Notes under the pieces: model-generated
Told to the model about the DNA's origin: nothing
The model's input: only the letters and a program-made list of their open reading frames with translations
Database searches by the model: none
Made by a program: the position numbers and the translations under genes
IMG/VR virus record: IMGVR_UViG_3300031800_000537
Coordinates: 1-53,326 of that record
Reading direction: 5' to 3' (one strand)
Length of the DNA: 53,326 bases
Origin: a virus
Taxonomy: Duplodnaviria; Caudoviricetes
Part shown: positions 36,014 to 46,641 of the stretch, piece after piece
Position numbering within the stretch: the first letter of the stretch is position 1
Layout of the letters: the number at the start of each line of letters is the position of its first letter

Positions 36014-37124
36014 ACCCAAAACTAAAATAGCATTCGTTAAGTTCGCCGGCATGGCTTCCGGCGGGGTTGAAAAATATCTCCAAACCATTGCGTGCATGTT
36101 GCCTAAAGAGGAATTTGAAGTAGATTATTTTTACACAAACGCCGCTCCCTTCATCAATTCCGATTTCGTACACCCAGACAATGATCCCGAAAGACTCAAG
36201 CTGGTAGACTCTCACGGCGTTAGGACTATCAAGGTTCATGTGGAAGCAAAGTACGGCGACCCGGAGCCTTACGAATGGGTAAACACAGATTTTTGGGAGC
36301 TATTTGACGAGTCTAAGTACGATGCAGTAACAACCGCAGGAGCGGGATGCCTAGAATATCCATATAATTTAATCAACAAAACTAAAATAATAGCAACCAT
36401 CCATGGCTTTCACGGTTATGACAGACCCAATATTTACAGGGCTATTCTTTTGTGCGATTGGCAAGCAGGCGAATGGGCAAAAAACGGTGGAAATACAAGC
36501 AAAGCCGTTATTATACCCGGCTTAATAGAAGCTCCCCCAAAGAAAGAAAGCACAATCAGAGAGGTCATGAGCATACCGCAGGATGCCTTTGTGTATGGGT
36601 TCCATCAGGGAAACAGGGAGGACATATTCTCGCCAGCGTCCCTACAAGCATACGACCTAATCAAAAACCCCAATAACTACTTTGTCATAATGGGCGGAGC
36701 AAACAAACACAGGGAACTAGGCAGGCAACTCAACTGCCCTAATATAAAATTTATAGACTTTTCGAGCTCGACAAAAGATATACATAATTTTTTAGGAGGC
36801 ATAGATGTCTTCGCTCACGCCAGAGCAGATGGAGAAGTGTGCTCTGGAGCTATAATAGAAGCCCTGTACCACGGTAAACCTGTTATATCCCACCCAGCGT
36901 TAAACATGGGGCACGCCGAACAAATAGACGGATGCGGGAAACTGGTTTACACCCTAGAAGAATACGCAAAAGAGATGCTCAAACTAGAAAGAGACAAAGA
37001 TCATTATAATAACATGTCGAAAAATGCACTTGAAAAATATCGAAAAAAATACGACTATAACGTGATAAAAAGAAAAATATTAGATGTCTATCTCGAATTA
37101 AGACACTTAAACGAAAGCGAATAA
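36006..37124 (+). CDS. GT4 glycosyltransferase
   Basis: GGVEK, DVFAH...GE...IIEALYHGKPVI. Confidence 0.82.
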   Translation: MNRPKTKIAFVKFAGMASGGVEKYLQTIACMLPKEEFEVDYFYTNAAPFINSDFVHPDNDPERLKLVDSHGVRTIKVHVEAKYGDPEPYEWVNTDFWELFDESKYDAVTTAGAGCLEYPYNLINKTKIIATIHGFHGYDRPNIYRAILLCDWQAGEWAKNGGNTSKAVIIPGLIEAPPKKESTIREVMSIPQDAFVYGFHQGNREDIFSPASLQAYDLIKNPNNYFVIMGGANKHRELGRQLNCPNIKFIDFSSSTKDIHNFLGGIDVFAHARADGEVCSGAIIEALYHGKPVISHPALNMGHAEQIDGCGKLVYTLEEYAKEMLKLERDKDHYNNMSKNALEKYRKKYDYNVIKRKILDVYLELRHLNESE

Positions 37125-37128
37125 AAAC

Positions 37129-37707
37129 ATGAACGAAATAAAAGACGATGTAAAAAGGTATCTTGGGGAGGTTTCTACCATATGTAGCTCTATAGACCAA
37201 GAAGACATAAGGAACTTCTGCGAAGGCATAAAAAATATCAAAGAAAATGGGGGGCGTTTATTTATCATGGGCGTCGGCGGTAGCGCCGCGAACTCTTCCC
37301 ACGCAGTAAATGATTTCAGAAAAATTCTAGAGCTGGAGACGTACTGCCCCTTCGACAACGTTTCCGAGCTAACAGCCAGAATAAACGACGACGGCTGGGA
37401 CACATCCGTATCAAACTGGCTTAAAGTCTCTAGGATAAACGAGAAAGACGGGGTGATGGTCTACTCTGTTAGTGGGGGAGGAGAGAACACGTCTCAAAAT
37501 CTAGTTAAAGCCATGCTTGCTGCGAAAGAAGTTGGCGCAAAAGTATTCTCCATTACTGGAAGGACTGATGGGGAAGCTAACAAGTTGGCGGATTATCCGG
37601 TGGTTGTACCAAATGTTTCCGAGGAGAGAGTAACTCCCCATACCGAAGAATGGCAGGGCGTAGTATGGCACCTAGTAGTTACCGTATTAAAGGATAATTT
37701 AAAATGA
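37129..37707 (+). CDS. gmhA: SIS-domain phosphoheptose isomerase
   Basis: GVGGSAANSSHAVND, ELTARIND, PHTE. Confidence 0.8.
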   Translation: MNEIKDDVKRYLGEVSTICSSIDQEDIRNFCEGIKNIKENGGRLFIMGVGGSAANSSHAVNDFRKILELETYCPFDNVSELTARINDDGWDTSVSNWLKVSRINEKDGVMVYSVSGGGENTSQNLVKAMLAAKEVGAKVFSITGRTDGEANKLADYPVVVPNVSEERVTPHTEEWQGVVWHLVVTVLKDNLK

Positions 37708-38411
37708 AGGTAAAACTTTTCGCAGATGGAGCAGTCATTTCAGAGATGGTTGACTGTTATAACAATGGAACAGTGCAGGGGTTCACAACCAACCCCACCT
37801 TAATGCGTCAAGCAGGTATTGAAGACTACGAAAGCTTCGCTAAAGAAGCGTTAGAAAAAATTCCTGATGCACCTATTTCATTTGAAGTATTCTCTGATGA
37901 TTTTCCAGACATGCACCGTCAGGCCTTAAAGCTAAATGAGCTAGCTTCAAACGTCTACGTGAAAATACCAATAACTAACACCAAGGGAGAAAGCAGCCTC
38001 CCACTGGTCGAGTCACTTGTTCTACATGGCGTCAAAGTAAATGTGACAGCTATCATGACGGCTAATCAGGTGCGTGATCTCGCCCCCGTGCTATCTGCGG
38101 GTGTCCCTAGCGTGGTTTCTGTTTTTGCTGGCAGGATTGCAGACTCCCTCCGAGACCCAGAGCCCATAATGAGAGAATGCAGGCTGCACCTAAGCTACTA
38201 TAAACTAGAGCACAAAGCGGAGTTGCTCTGGGCAAGCTGTAGAGAAGTTTACAACATAAAACAGGCAGACGACTGCGGGTGTCAGATCGTTACCGTAAGC
38301 CCATCTATCTTAAAGAAACTAAAATTAAAAGGCAAAGACCTAAAGGAATACTCCCTAGAGACAGTACAAATGTTCTACGACGACGCTTCTCAGGCCGGAT
38401 ACAAACTATGA
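37704..38411 (+). CDS. tal: transaldolase
   Basis: LFAD, GFTTNPTL, SFEV, VYVKIP, NVT, SVFAGR. Confidence 0.92.
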   Translation: MKVKLFADGAVISEMVDCYNNGTVQGFTTNPTLMRQAGIEDYESFAKEALEKIPDAPISFEVFSDDFPDMHRQALKLNELASNVYVKIPITNTKGESSLPLVESLVLHGVKVNVTAIMTANQVRDLAPVLSAGVPSVVSVFAGRIADSLRDPEPIMRECRLHLSYYKLEHKAELLWASCREVYNIKQADDCGCQIVTVSPSILKKLKLKGKDLKEYSLETVQMFYDDASQAGYKL

Positions 38412-39388
38412 TTATAACTCGGGCTCCATTTAGAATAACCCTTGGCGGCGGAGGCACCGACCTGCCCTCGTTCTACGAGAAGAACGAGGGGTTTGTATTG
38501 ACCATGGCAATAGACAAACACATCTATGTCACATTTAAAAAAAATATCCTAGAGCCCAAAATAAGACTGCAATATTTGAAGACTGAATTCGTAGATACCC
38601 CAAGGGAACTAGAACATGAACGAGCAAGAGAAGCCCTCCTATTGCACGGGATTACAAGAGGCGCAGAGATAAGCAGCATAGCAGACCTGCCGTCTCGGGC
38701 AGGGCTGGGGTCTTCCGGTAGTTACTTAGTAGCCCTACTCACCGCGTTAAGATGCTACAAAAAACTGTCTCCTGAACCAAAGATCATAGCTGAAGAGGCT
38801 TGTCGTATAGAAATCGACACGCTCAAGGAGCCAGTAGGAAAACAAGATCAATATATAGCTGCTTTTGGCGGGGTGAAAAGCTTATATATAGACCGCCATG
38901 GGAAAGTCGAAGTAGAAGAGTTGGACTTATCACAGAGCAGCATGCAGGACTTCTTATCCTCTGTCCATATTTACTATACCGGCGTATTGCGGTCTGCATC
39001 AGAGATCTTAAAGGAACAGTCTTCCCTGCAAAATAACGCAGAAGAGAACCTAAAGCAAATAAAAGATATAGGCTATGAAGTGAAAGAGAGCTTGCTCAGC
39101 GCAAACTTCGACAACTTTGGCCTACTCATGGATAAACACTGGCAATTAAAAAAACAATTATCAAAAAAAATTAGCCTTCCCTCGATGGATAAGCTTTATA
39201 ATATAGTTAAAGAAAGATTCGGCGTTCTTGGTGGAAAAATAATCGGCGCTGGAGGGGGAGGCTTTATCATGCTGTACGCCTCCAAGAACCGTGCAGAGCT
39301 CGAATCTTTTATGAAGGAAAACGGATATCCGAGAGTCAGCTATAATATAGATTACTCTGGATGTCAAACGATAGTAAACTTTGGATAA
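38408..39388 (+). CDS. hddA: GHMP kinase, heptose-7-phosphate kinase-like
   Basis: RAPFRITLGGGGTD, GLGSSG, GKQDQY, GAGGGG; start at MIITR. Confidence 0.8.
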   Translation: MIITRAPFRITLGGGGTDLPSFYEKNEGFVLTMAIDKHIYVTFKKNILEPKIRLQYLKTEFVDTPRELEHERAREALLLHGITRGAEISSIADLPSRAGLGSSGSYLVALLTALRCYKKLSPEPKIIAEEACRIEIDTLKEPVGKQDQYIAAFGGVKSLYIDRHGKVEVEELDLSQSSMQDFLSSVHIYYTGVLRSASEILKEQSSLQNNAEENLKQIKDIGYEVKESLLSANFDNFGLLMDKHWQLKKQLSKKISLPSMDKLYNIVKERFGVLGGKIIGAGGGGFIMLYASKNRAELESFMKENGYPRVSYNIDYSGCQTIVNFG

Positions 39389-39394
39389 AATAAA

Positions 39395-40096
39395 ATGGAG
39401 AACTTAGAACTTGAAAATAAAATGGACGAATTGCAAGTCGCAATTAAAAACGACGGCAAACGAATAGGGGCATGGGATAATCACGAGACTTACCACAAAG
39501 CGTGCACGTCAGAAGTCTCCGTAGATGGACTATGGCTAGAATTCGGCGTCTATCGCGGGAGAACTATTACAACCATAGCGAAAGAAACCTCCAGCATGGT
39601 GTATGGATTTGATAGTTTCGAGGGATTGCCAGAGAATTGGGATCACGAGAACCCAAAGGGGGTATACGGATTAAACGGATCAATTCCACTCGCTGCAATT
39701 ACCGGAGAGAACGACGATAACCCGGGCATGTATGACCCACGCCCCACGATAACCACGGAGCCTTGGCAAGAAAACATTGTCCTAATAAAGGGGTGGTTCG
39801 AGGAGACGCTCCCCTTCTTTCTTAAAGAACATAAAGAAAAAGCAGCCTTCGTACACATAGATAGCGACGTGTATAGCTCCGCACAAACAATACTTTCCCT
39901 TCTAAAGGAAGGGGATCGCTTCCAAGACGGAACGATACTTTTGTTCGACGAGATAATCGATTACCCAACCTACAGGGAGCATGAAATAAAAGCATTTGCT
40001 GAATTTTTACTAGAAACTAATTACAAATACGAATGCCTATATCACCAAAGCTTGGGAGATTACAGCCAAGCGTGTTTTAAAATTTTAGAAAGATAA
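39395..40096 (+). CDS. TylF/MycF-like O-methyltransferase
   Basis: LEFGV, FDSFEGLP, KGWFEETL, HIDSDVYSS, FDE. Confidence 0.85.
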   Translation: MENLELENKMDELQVAIKNDGKRIGAWDNHETYHKACTSEVSVDGLWLEFGVYRGRTITTIAKETSSMVYGFDSFEGLPENWDHENPKGVYGLNGSIPLAAITGENDDNPGMYDPRPTITTEPWQENIVLIKGWFEETLPFFLKEHKEKAAFVHIDSDVYSSAQTILSLLKEGDRFQDGTILLFDEIIDYPTYREHEIKAFAEFLLETNYKYECLYHQSLGDYSQACFKILER

Positions 40097-40101
40097 AAAA
40101 T

Positions 40102-40857
40102 ATGGAAAGAGAACAGGGATCGAGAACGAAAGATAAGGAAGCAAACGAGGACTGCGTCCACGATGGTCATCTTGGTGGCTGTGCTATGAATGGTGACGGC
40201 GCTGGGTATTGCCCAAGAACGTGGTCGCACTTAATAAAAAAATACAACATTAAATCCATGGTAGACGTGGGTTGTGGAGCAGGGTTTTCCGCAGATTATT
40301 TCAAGGATCTAGGGGTAGAAGTGTTGGGAGTGGAAGGGTGCAAGGAAGCCGTAGAAAGGTCATTGCTCCCAAAAGAAAACGTGGTCCTCCATGATTACGA
40401 AAATGACGGCCCATACGTACCGGATAGAGACTTTGACTTTTGTTGGTCAAACGAGTTCGTAGAACACGTCGAAGGGGACTGCGCTCAAAACTTTCTAGCA
40501 ACATTCAAAAAATGCAGAATGATTGCCATGACATTTGCCGGCCCCGGCCAAGGCGGACACCACCATGTAAACGAACAGCCAATCGATTACTGGCTAGATC
40601 GCCTCTCGGAAATTGGTTTTACCTACGACGAAAAAGAGACTAAAGAGTGCAAGGAGTTCGCTAAGTTAGATATGATCAAATATTGTCCGTATGGCGGTAA
40701 CCACTTTGTTGCTAGGGGTCTCCTCTTTCACAGGAATGGAGACCCGCTTCCCAAAAATGAGTCATATTCTTATGCAATGCCAGACGTCCCCCCTTTGAAA
40801 CCGCACTGGGATAACTGGGTTCTCTACAAGAAAGGAGGTAGATTTGAGAACGATTAA
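40102..40857 (+). CDS. class I SAM-dependent methyltransferase
   Basis: VDVGCGAG, EFVEHV, PGQGGHHHVNEQ. Confidence 0.85.
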   Translation: MEREQGSRTKDKEANEDCVHDGHLGGCAMNGDGAGYCPRTWSHLIKKYNIKSMVDVGCGAGFSADYFKDLGVEVLGVEGCKEAVERSLLPKENVVLHDYENDGPYVPDRDFDFCWSNEFVEHVEGDCAQNFLATFKKCRMIAMTFAGPGQGGHHHVNEQPIDYWLDRLSEIGFTYDEKETKECKEFAKLDMIKYCPYGGNHFVARGLLFHRNGDPLPKNESYSYAMPDVPPLKPHWDNWVLYKKGGRFEND

Positions 40858-41758
40858 ATCTAATATCAAAATAGCGATGTTTTGGGAGTTCTATGAAGAC
40901 GACCCCAATTACTGGAGTAGCACCAGCGGCATCAACCACCACCTTAAAAAAATGGTCGACACGGTTGATAACTATCACATCCCCAAAGAAGACAAGTCCT
41001 TAGGCTTTAAGGAGTTCTTGGAGCGAGGCGAACAATACGACGCCTGTATACTATGGAACGCTGGGAGCCTAAGGGAAGGCACTCCATACTGGAGAAAAGA
41101 CGTCCTTAAAGACTGCTTATTAGTTTTAGAAGCGGGTGACGAGCCTCAGGCTTACCAGCAGCACATTGAACTCAGCAATCAATCAGACTTGGTTTTGACC
41201 ACTGATTTAAGATGCACTTGGGCATACAAGCAACGAGGTATTAACGCCCATTGGTTTAATTCTTGGTGCAACGAACAGGTTTTCCATCCGAGAAAGTCAA
41301 ACGATCCCGAGCCAGACTTAAGCGTCATAACAACCATGTATGGTGACCGCAGATTCGAACCCGAAGTAGCGTCTGCCCTTGGCGATAAGTACCTCAAAAA
41401 GAACGACTTAGAAGGCAACGAGAACGGGGATTTTTTTCGTAGAGGCAAGATAATTTTTCAACAAGCAAGATGGGGAGAGATTACTAGAAGAATCTTCGAA
41501 GGCATGGGCTGCCGTAAATTAGTATTTACTGACTACCTTCATCCAGATACAGGTATATACGAACTATTTCAACAGAGAAAAGACATAATTTACTACGACA
41601 ACGCTAATGAATGCATCCAATTGATGAATTATTTTCTAGAACACGACGAAGAAAGAGAAGAAATTGCGGACAATGGATATAAAAAAATACTCGAACATCA
41701 TTCTTCCGAGAAGAGAGCGCAAGAGTTGCTCGGCCTCATAGAAAAGTTAATTAAATGA
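40844..41758 (+). CDS. CgeB-like glycosyltransferase
   Basis: RRIFEGMGC...F...DIIYY...REEIADNG...HSSEKRA. Confidence 0.75.
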   Translation: MRTIKSNIKIAMFWEFYEDDPNYWSSTSGINHHLKKMVDTVDNYHIPKEDKSLGFKEFLERGEQYDACILWNAGSLREGTPYWRKDVLKDCLLVLEAGDEPQAYQQHIELSNQSDLVLTTDLRCTWAYKQRGINAHWFNSWCNEQVFHPRKSNDPEPDLSVITTMYGDRRFEPEVASALGDKYLKKNDLEGNENGDFFRRGKIIFQQARWGEITRRIFEGMGCRKLVFTDYLHPDTGIYELFQQRKDIIYYDNANECIQLMNYFLEHDEEREEIADNGYKKILEHHSSEKRAQELLGLIEKLIK

Positions 41759-42696
41759 TCGTATCCAAATGCCCAATGAGAATATCCCTAGCTGGTGGCT
41801 CCACCGACCTAGAAGAGTACGTGGACACCAATGGCTACGGTAGTGTCATAAGCTTTCCGTGCACTCTATATTCTTACATCAGTATTTTTCACGACAAGAA
41901 TGGATACAATAATTTTTTCAATAAATATATAATAAACTACACATCAAGAGAGCAAGTTGACGACATAAGCGAAATAAAAAATGACGTCGCTAGAGAGGTG
42001 CTTGATCACTTCAAGTGTGAGCCATTAGCTATGAGCTTTCACGCGGATGTATTCTCAGAAGGATCTGGCCTAGCTTCCTCTTCTGCTTATTTGATAGCCT
42101 GCATCAAGGCAGTCTCGGTTCGTAAAGGAGTTGTCCTTTCCGAGTTTGATATATGTAATTTAGCTCTAAAAATAGAAAAAAAATTCAACCCGCTTACCGG
42201 CTATCAAGACGTATATGGCTGCGGGCTTGGCGGACTAAAAAGAATGCACTTCCACGAAGGGGGGAGAGTAAAGGTCCAGTATCTCAAGAAGAGTATGTTT
42301 ACTTTTTTTGATATGTATCTTGTATACACGGGCATAAAAAGGAAGTCCACCAAGCTGCTTGAAAGTTTAGACTTGAAAAAAATTGATAAAATATTACCTT
42401 TAGTAGACGAGATGGAAAGAAGCATAAACAACTACGACGCTCAAAGCTTCCTTGATATTATCAAAGAAGGGTGGGCAAAGAAGAAGGAAACCTCCCCGAT
42501 GATAACGCAAAACGCTATCATATCTGACATAGACGATACCCTGAGGAGAGACAAGGGTGTGCTAGCCCATAGGCTGTGCGGCGCAGGAAACGGTGGATAC
42601 TTTTTAGTGTTTAAGAAGGCCAACACCCCAAACGAATTAAAAAATTGTCTTAAAATCGAAATGTCGAAAGAATCAATCACATGCAAAACAATATAG
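41755..42696 (+). CDS. second GHMP (HddA-like) sugar kinase
   Basis: PMRISLAGGSTD, GSGLASS, GYQD, GAGNGG. Confidence 0.82.
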   Translation: MIVSKCPMRISLAGGSTDLEEYVDTNGYGSVISFPCTLYSYISIFHDKNGYNNFFNKYIINYTSREQVDDISEIKNDVAREVLDHFKCEPLAMSFHADVFSEGSGLASSSAYLIACIKAVSVRKGVVLSEFDICNLALKIEKKFNPLTGYQDVYGCGLGGLKRMHFHEGGRVKVQYLKKSMFTFFDMYLVYTGIKRKSTKLLESLDLKKIDKILPLVDEMERSINNYDAQSFLDIIKEGWAKKKETSPMITQNAIISDIDDTLRRDKGVLAHRLCGAGNGGYFLVFKKANTPNELKNCLKIEMSKESITCKTI

Positions 42697-42698
42697 AA

Positions 42699-45317
42699 AT
42701 GAACAAAAATAAAATAGTTATAACCGGCGGGCTAGGATATATAGGAGTCGAATTGTGCAAGCTTTATTCCGGCGAGGCTTGGCGTAAAGACATCGTCGTT
42801 ACAGACAACAAGTTCGCTTCTGAAAGAGTAAAACAATTAAGAGACTGGGGGATGAAGTTTGTTCAGGTCGATATCCTAGACGAAGACGCGATGTCAAGCA
42901 TCCTAAAGGACGCGGATGTGGTGATTCACTTGGCTGGCGTCACAGACGTAGCCTACACCAAGACGGAAGGAGATTCTGAGAAGGACATGAGGATAACCGA
43001 GGTCGCAGTGAACGGAACTCGTAATATAATAAAGCTTACAAAAGAAGATTGCAAAATAGTGTTCCCGTCCACGCATGTTGTTTATGAAGGGTTCGGTGAA
43101 ACAAAATTAGACATAAAAGAAGACGAAGACACTACACCACTTTTGACCTATTCCAACGGTAAGGTCAGATCGGAGAAAGACCTTGCAGAGTCTAACAAAA
43201 ATTATGTTATCCTAAGGTTAGCTACCGTCTGCGGTTATTCTTCTGACACAATGAGAATGAATATCATGCCGAATCTATTCTCAAAGATAGCCTCGCAAAA
43301 CGGAAGCATCAAATTATTCTCTGGAGGTGTTCAGCTTAAAAGCTTGGTTCCATTGATTGATGTTGCTAGGTGTTTCAAATTCATGGCTGAAAACGAGTCC
43401 ATTAGCAGGGAGACCTTCCACTGTTCTAAGGAGTCTATGACGGTCAAGGACGTAGCAATGATTTGCAAAGAATTTAACCCAGACTTAGACATAACAGAAA
43501 CAGACGACGAAATCCCCAACCTTGGCTATACCATTTCCAACGAAAAGCTTTTGTCGACAGGGTTTGAGTTCCTCTACGACGTAAAAGACTGTATTAAGGA
43601 GATGATAGAAAACTGGTCTGAAAAAGAAATAAGACCAGAGCTAGAGTATACAGTGCAAGGAGGGAACGAATACGTTGACGACAGAGGCAGGATAAATAAC
43701 TACGAACTAACTGAACCTATTAACCTCATAGGGTGGATAGAATCTACCGCTGGTTCAATTAGAGCAAACCATTACCACCCGATACAGGAGCAAAAATGCC
43801 TCCTTATAACAGGACAGTACATAAGTATAGTCAAAGACCTCACCGTTCCAAACGCTCCGATCATCACCAAGCTGATAAATCCCGGAGACATCGCGATAAT
43901 CAAGCCAAACGTAGCACACACAATGGTTTTTACTGACGATTCCCTCTTCTTGAATCTTGTCAGAGGGGAGAGAGATCATGAAAATTACGGTATCACACAC
44001 ACTATACCCTATGAACTCGTGAGCAGAAAGTTCGCTGATAGACTTATAGAGAGCTACGCATCAGAGTGCAGAAGCTGCGGGAACACCAGTCTAGAGAGGG
44101 TAGTTTCCTTGGGTGAGTCTCCTCTTGCAAATAACCTGCTCGATTCGGCAGACCAAGAATCAGACACCTACCCCCTTGAAGTCGACTACTGCCCAAGCTG
44201 CCACAACTGCCAGCTAAGCTCAATCGTTCCCCCGGGAAAAATGTTTGACAATTATTTGTATGTATCTTCTACTTCCAAAAAATTTAGGGAACACTTCGAG
44301 AAGGTTGCGTTGGATTATATAGAAAGATTCAGGCTGGGGCACAACTCAACCGTTGTAGATATCGGAAGTAATGACGGCATTGCCCTAAGACCCTATCTAG
44401 AACACGAATACGACATCAACGTGATTGGTGTCGAGCCAGCAAAGAATGTGGCAGCAATAGCAAACGAAAATGGCATCAGGACAATCAACTCTTATTTTGA
44501 TTCAGATGCAGTAGAGGAAATCGGCCCGGGTACAGCGAGCCTAGTAACCGCCTCAAACGTATTTGCTCATTCCGATAAGCTGAAAGAGATAACGCGTGAC
44601 GCCTTTTCCCTGCTCAGGTTTGACGGAACCTTCGTTGTAGAGGTTCAATATTTGCTGGACACCATGAAAGACCTCACCTTCGACAATATTTACCATGAGC
44701 ATGTCAATTACTGGTCGGTCACCTCTATCAAAAACTTTTTTGAAAACTTGGGCTATCAGGTTACCCGCGTAGAACATATAGATACACATGGAGGTTCCAT
44801 AAGGGTATATGTAGGCCGGACAGACTTGCCGGGGGCCTGCCAAGGTTTTCCTCTAGGGATGACAAAGATGGACAGAGATACCGTTGCGGAGTTCCTTCAG
44901 GTCGAAGGAGAAGTAGGACTCCTAGAACGCAGGTCTTATTTAGCATTTGGAAAAAGCATTGAAAAAATAAAAATAAACGCCAGAAACAACATGAACGTCC
45001 TAAAGAGTATCTATAAAAAAATCGCGGCCTACGGATCACCCGCTAAGGCGACAACGGCGCTCAACTATTTTGGAATTGATAATAACGATATTGAATACAC
45101 CATTGAAGATAACGAATTAAAACACGACAAGTTAATCCCCGGAGTAAACATTCCCATTAAAAGCAAGGAATACTGTAATGAAAACCTTCCCGACCTCATA
45201 ATCGTGTTGGCTTGGAATTTCTTTGACGTTATTGTAGAGAACAATCAAGAACTAGTGGACAAAGGAGTAAAGTTCATCAACGTAAAGGAACTACAAAATC
45301 CAGAAATGTTAATATGA
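42699..45317 (+). CDS. fusion of NAD-dependent epimerase, cupin and NDP-sugar C-methyltransferase
   Basis: TGGLGYIG/YSNGK; RANHYH...AHTM; CRSC...CPSCHNC, DIGSNDG, YHEH, HGGS, YGSPAKA; alternative start 42681. Confidence 0.88.
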   Translation: MNKNKIVITGGLGYIGVELCKLYSGEAWRKDIVVTDNKFASERVKQLRDWGMKFVQVDILDEDAMSSILKDADVVIHLAGVTDVAYTKTEGDSEKDMRITEVAVNGTRNIIKLTKEDCKIVFPSTHVVYEGFGETKLDIKEDEDTTPLLTYSNGKVRSEKDLAESNKNYVILRLATVCGYSSDTMRMNIMPNLFSKIASQNGSIKLFSGGVQLKSLVPLIDVARCFKFMAENESISRETFHCSKESMTVKDVAMICKEFNPDLDITETDDEIPNLGYTISNEKLLSTGFEFLYDVKDCIKEMIENWSEKEIRPELEYTVQGGNEYVDDRGRINNYELTEPINLIGWIESTAGSIRANHYHPIQEQKCLLITGQYISIVKDLTVPNAPIITKLINPGDIAIIKPNVAHTMVFTDDSLFLNLVRGERDHENYGITHTIPYELVSRKFADRLIESYASECRSCGNTSLERVVSLGESPLANNLLDSADQESDTYPLEVDYCPSCHNCQLSSIVPPGKMFDNYLYVSSTSKKFREHFEKVALDYIERFRLGHNSTVVDIGSNDGIALRPYLEHEYDINVIGVEPAKNVAAIANENGIRTINSYFDSDAVEEIGPGTASLVTASNVFAHSDKLKEITRDAFSLLRFDGTFVVEVQYLLDTMKDLTFDNIYHEHVNYWSVTSIKNFFENLGYQVTRVEHIDTHGGSIRVYVGRTDLPGACQGFPLGMTKMDRDTVAEFLQVEGEVGLLERRSYLAFGKSIEKIKINARNNMNVLKSIYKKIAAYGSPAKATTALNYFGIDNNDIEYTIEDNELKHDKLIPGVNIPIKSKEYCNENLPDLIIVLAWNFFDVIVENNQELVDKGVKFINVKELQNPEMLI

Positions 45318-45796
45318 ATAAATACGAGAAGCTAAAAGAAAAAGGAATAAAGCTGGGCTTTGTTTGTAGCTGTTGGGATCTAATGCATGCAGGGCATTGC
45401 CTTTTCATAGAAGATGGGAAGAGGCAATGCGACTATCTTATTGCAGGCCTACAAACAGACCCCACCATAGATAGGCCGCAAAAAAACAAACCGATACTGA
45501 GCCTCGAAGAAAGAAAAATAATACTAGAGTCCAATAGGCACGTCGATGAAATCGTAATGTACGAGACGGAAAAAGACCTAGCCTTCGCGCTAGAGAGAAT
45601 AAGGCCAGACGTCAGGGTCCTTGGTAGCGATTATTACCTCATCGAAAACGGCGGTCCAGCTTACTTTACCGGCGCAGGAACAGAGAAAGACATATACTAC
45701 CACGATAGAAGCAAGCACGGCTGGTCTACTAGCGAGATTAGGAGAAGAATATTTAAGGCCGAGCTCGAGAAAGGCAATGGGATGAGTGTTTCGTGA
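45314..45796 (+). CDS. TagD-like cytidylyltransferase
   Basis: DLMHAGH, LQTDPTIDRP, GSDY, WSTS. Confidence 0.85.
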   Translation: MNKYEKLKEKGIKLGFVCSCWDLMHAGHCLFIEDGKRQCDYLIAGLQTDPTIDRPQKNKPILSLEERKIILESNRHVDEIVMYETEKDLAFALERIRPDVRVLGSDYYLIENGGPAYFTGAGTEKDIYYHDRSKHGWSTSEIRRRIFKAELEKGNGMSVS

Positions 45797-46641
45797 AGAT
45801 AGCCATCATATCTGAAGATGATTTTGGATTTTCGAAAGGGCTTAAAAGAACCAATCATGATGTAAGCCTATACGATTGCCCCTCTATCAACGACCTCTGT
45901 AGTGACGTAAGCGACGGATACAGGCCGGACTGCATTTTCCTAATGGAAGACGGCAGAGTCCCCCCGGCGTTCTGGGACAAAAACAATATTAAACTTCATT
46001 TTAACTTTTCTCCGACTCTAATTTACTTTACAAGGGAGTGCCTCGAACCCACAGACAGTGATCTAAAAAAAATAGAATCCAGCGACTTGGTTCTAACCCA
46101 AAACATGCATTTAATATCAGACCTAGCCTTTAATGACATAAATGTATTTAGGTTTCCGTACTGGGTAGACACAAGTGTGTTTTTTTCCACCGATTCCCTT
46201 AAGGAATACGACTGCGTCAGTTCTACAAGCGATTTAGATACAGCAAACAAGTTCGAAGCCGCTCTTTCCTCTAAGGGGCTCAGTTTTTTGAATAACCCAA
46301 TTTGTGATCCTGACTTTTTGAATAGCGGTAAAGTTTTTTTGAATTTTGAGCAAAAAGTAGTAGTTCCTCGGGCTTTTTTTGAGGCTTCCGCGTGTGGGCT
46401 ACCCATTTTATCGTCTTACTTAAACGAATGCTCCGTAGTAGAGTCTCTCTTCGAGGAAGAAAGAGAGATTCTTTACTTTTCTTCCCTTGACGAATGCGCC
46501 AACAGGGCGTATCTTTATGCTAGAGATGAAAGAGAGAGAAGGGTCGTGGCTAGAAAAAGTTTTTATTTAATTGAAAAGTACCATACAATAGAGAAGAGAG
46601 TCCGAAAATTTATAAAAGAAATTAAGATTTTAAAATCATGA
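45793..46641 (+). CDS. divergent CgeB-like glycosyltransferase
   Basis: SDLVLT, FFEASACG, HTIEKRV; paralogous to 40844..41758. Confidence 0.6.
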   Translation: MKIAIISEDDFGFSKGLKRTNHDVSLYDCPSINDLCSDVSDGYRPDCIFLMEDGRVPPAFWDKNNIKLHFNFSPTLIYFTRECLEPTDSDLKKIESSDLVLTQNMHLISDLAFNDINVFRFPYWVDTSVFFSTDSLKEYDCVSSTSDLDTANKFEAALSSKGLSFLNNPICDPDFLNSGKVFLNFEQKVVVPRAFFEASACGLPILSSYLNECSVVESLFEEEREILYFSSLDECANRAYLYARDERERRVVARKSFYLIEKYHTIEKRVRKFIKEIKILKS

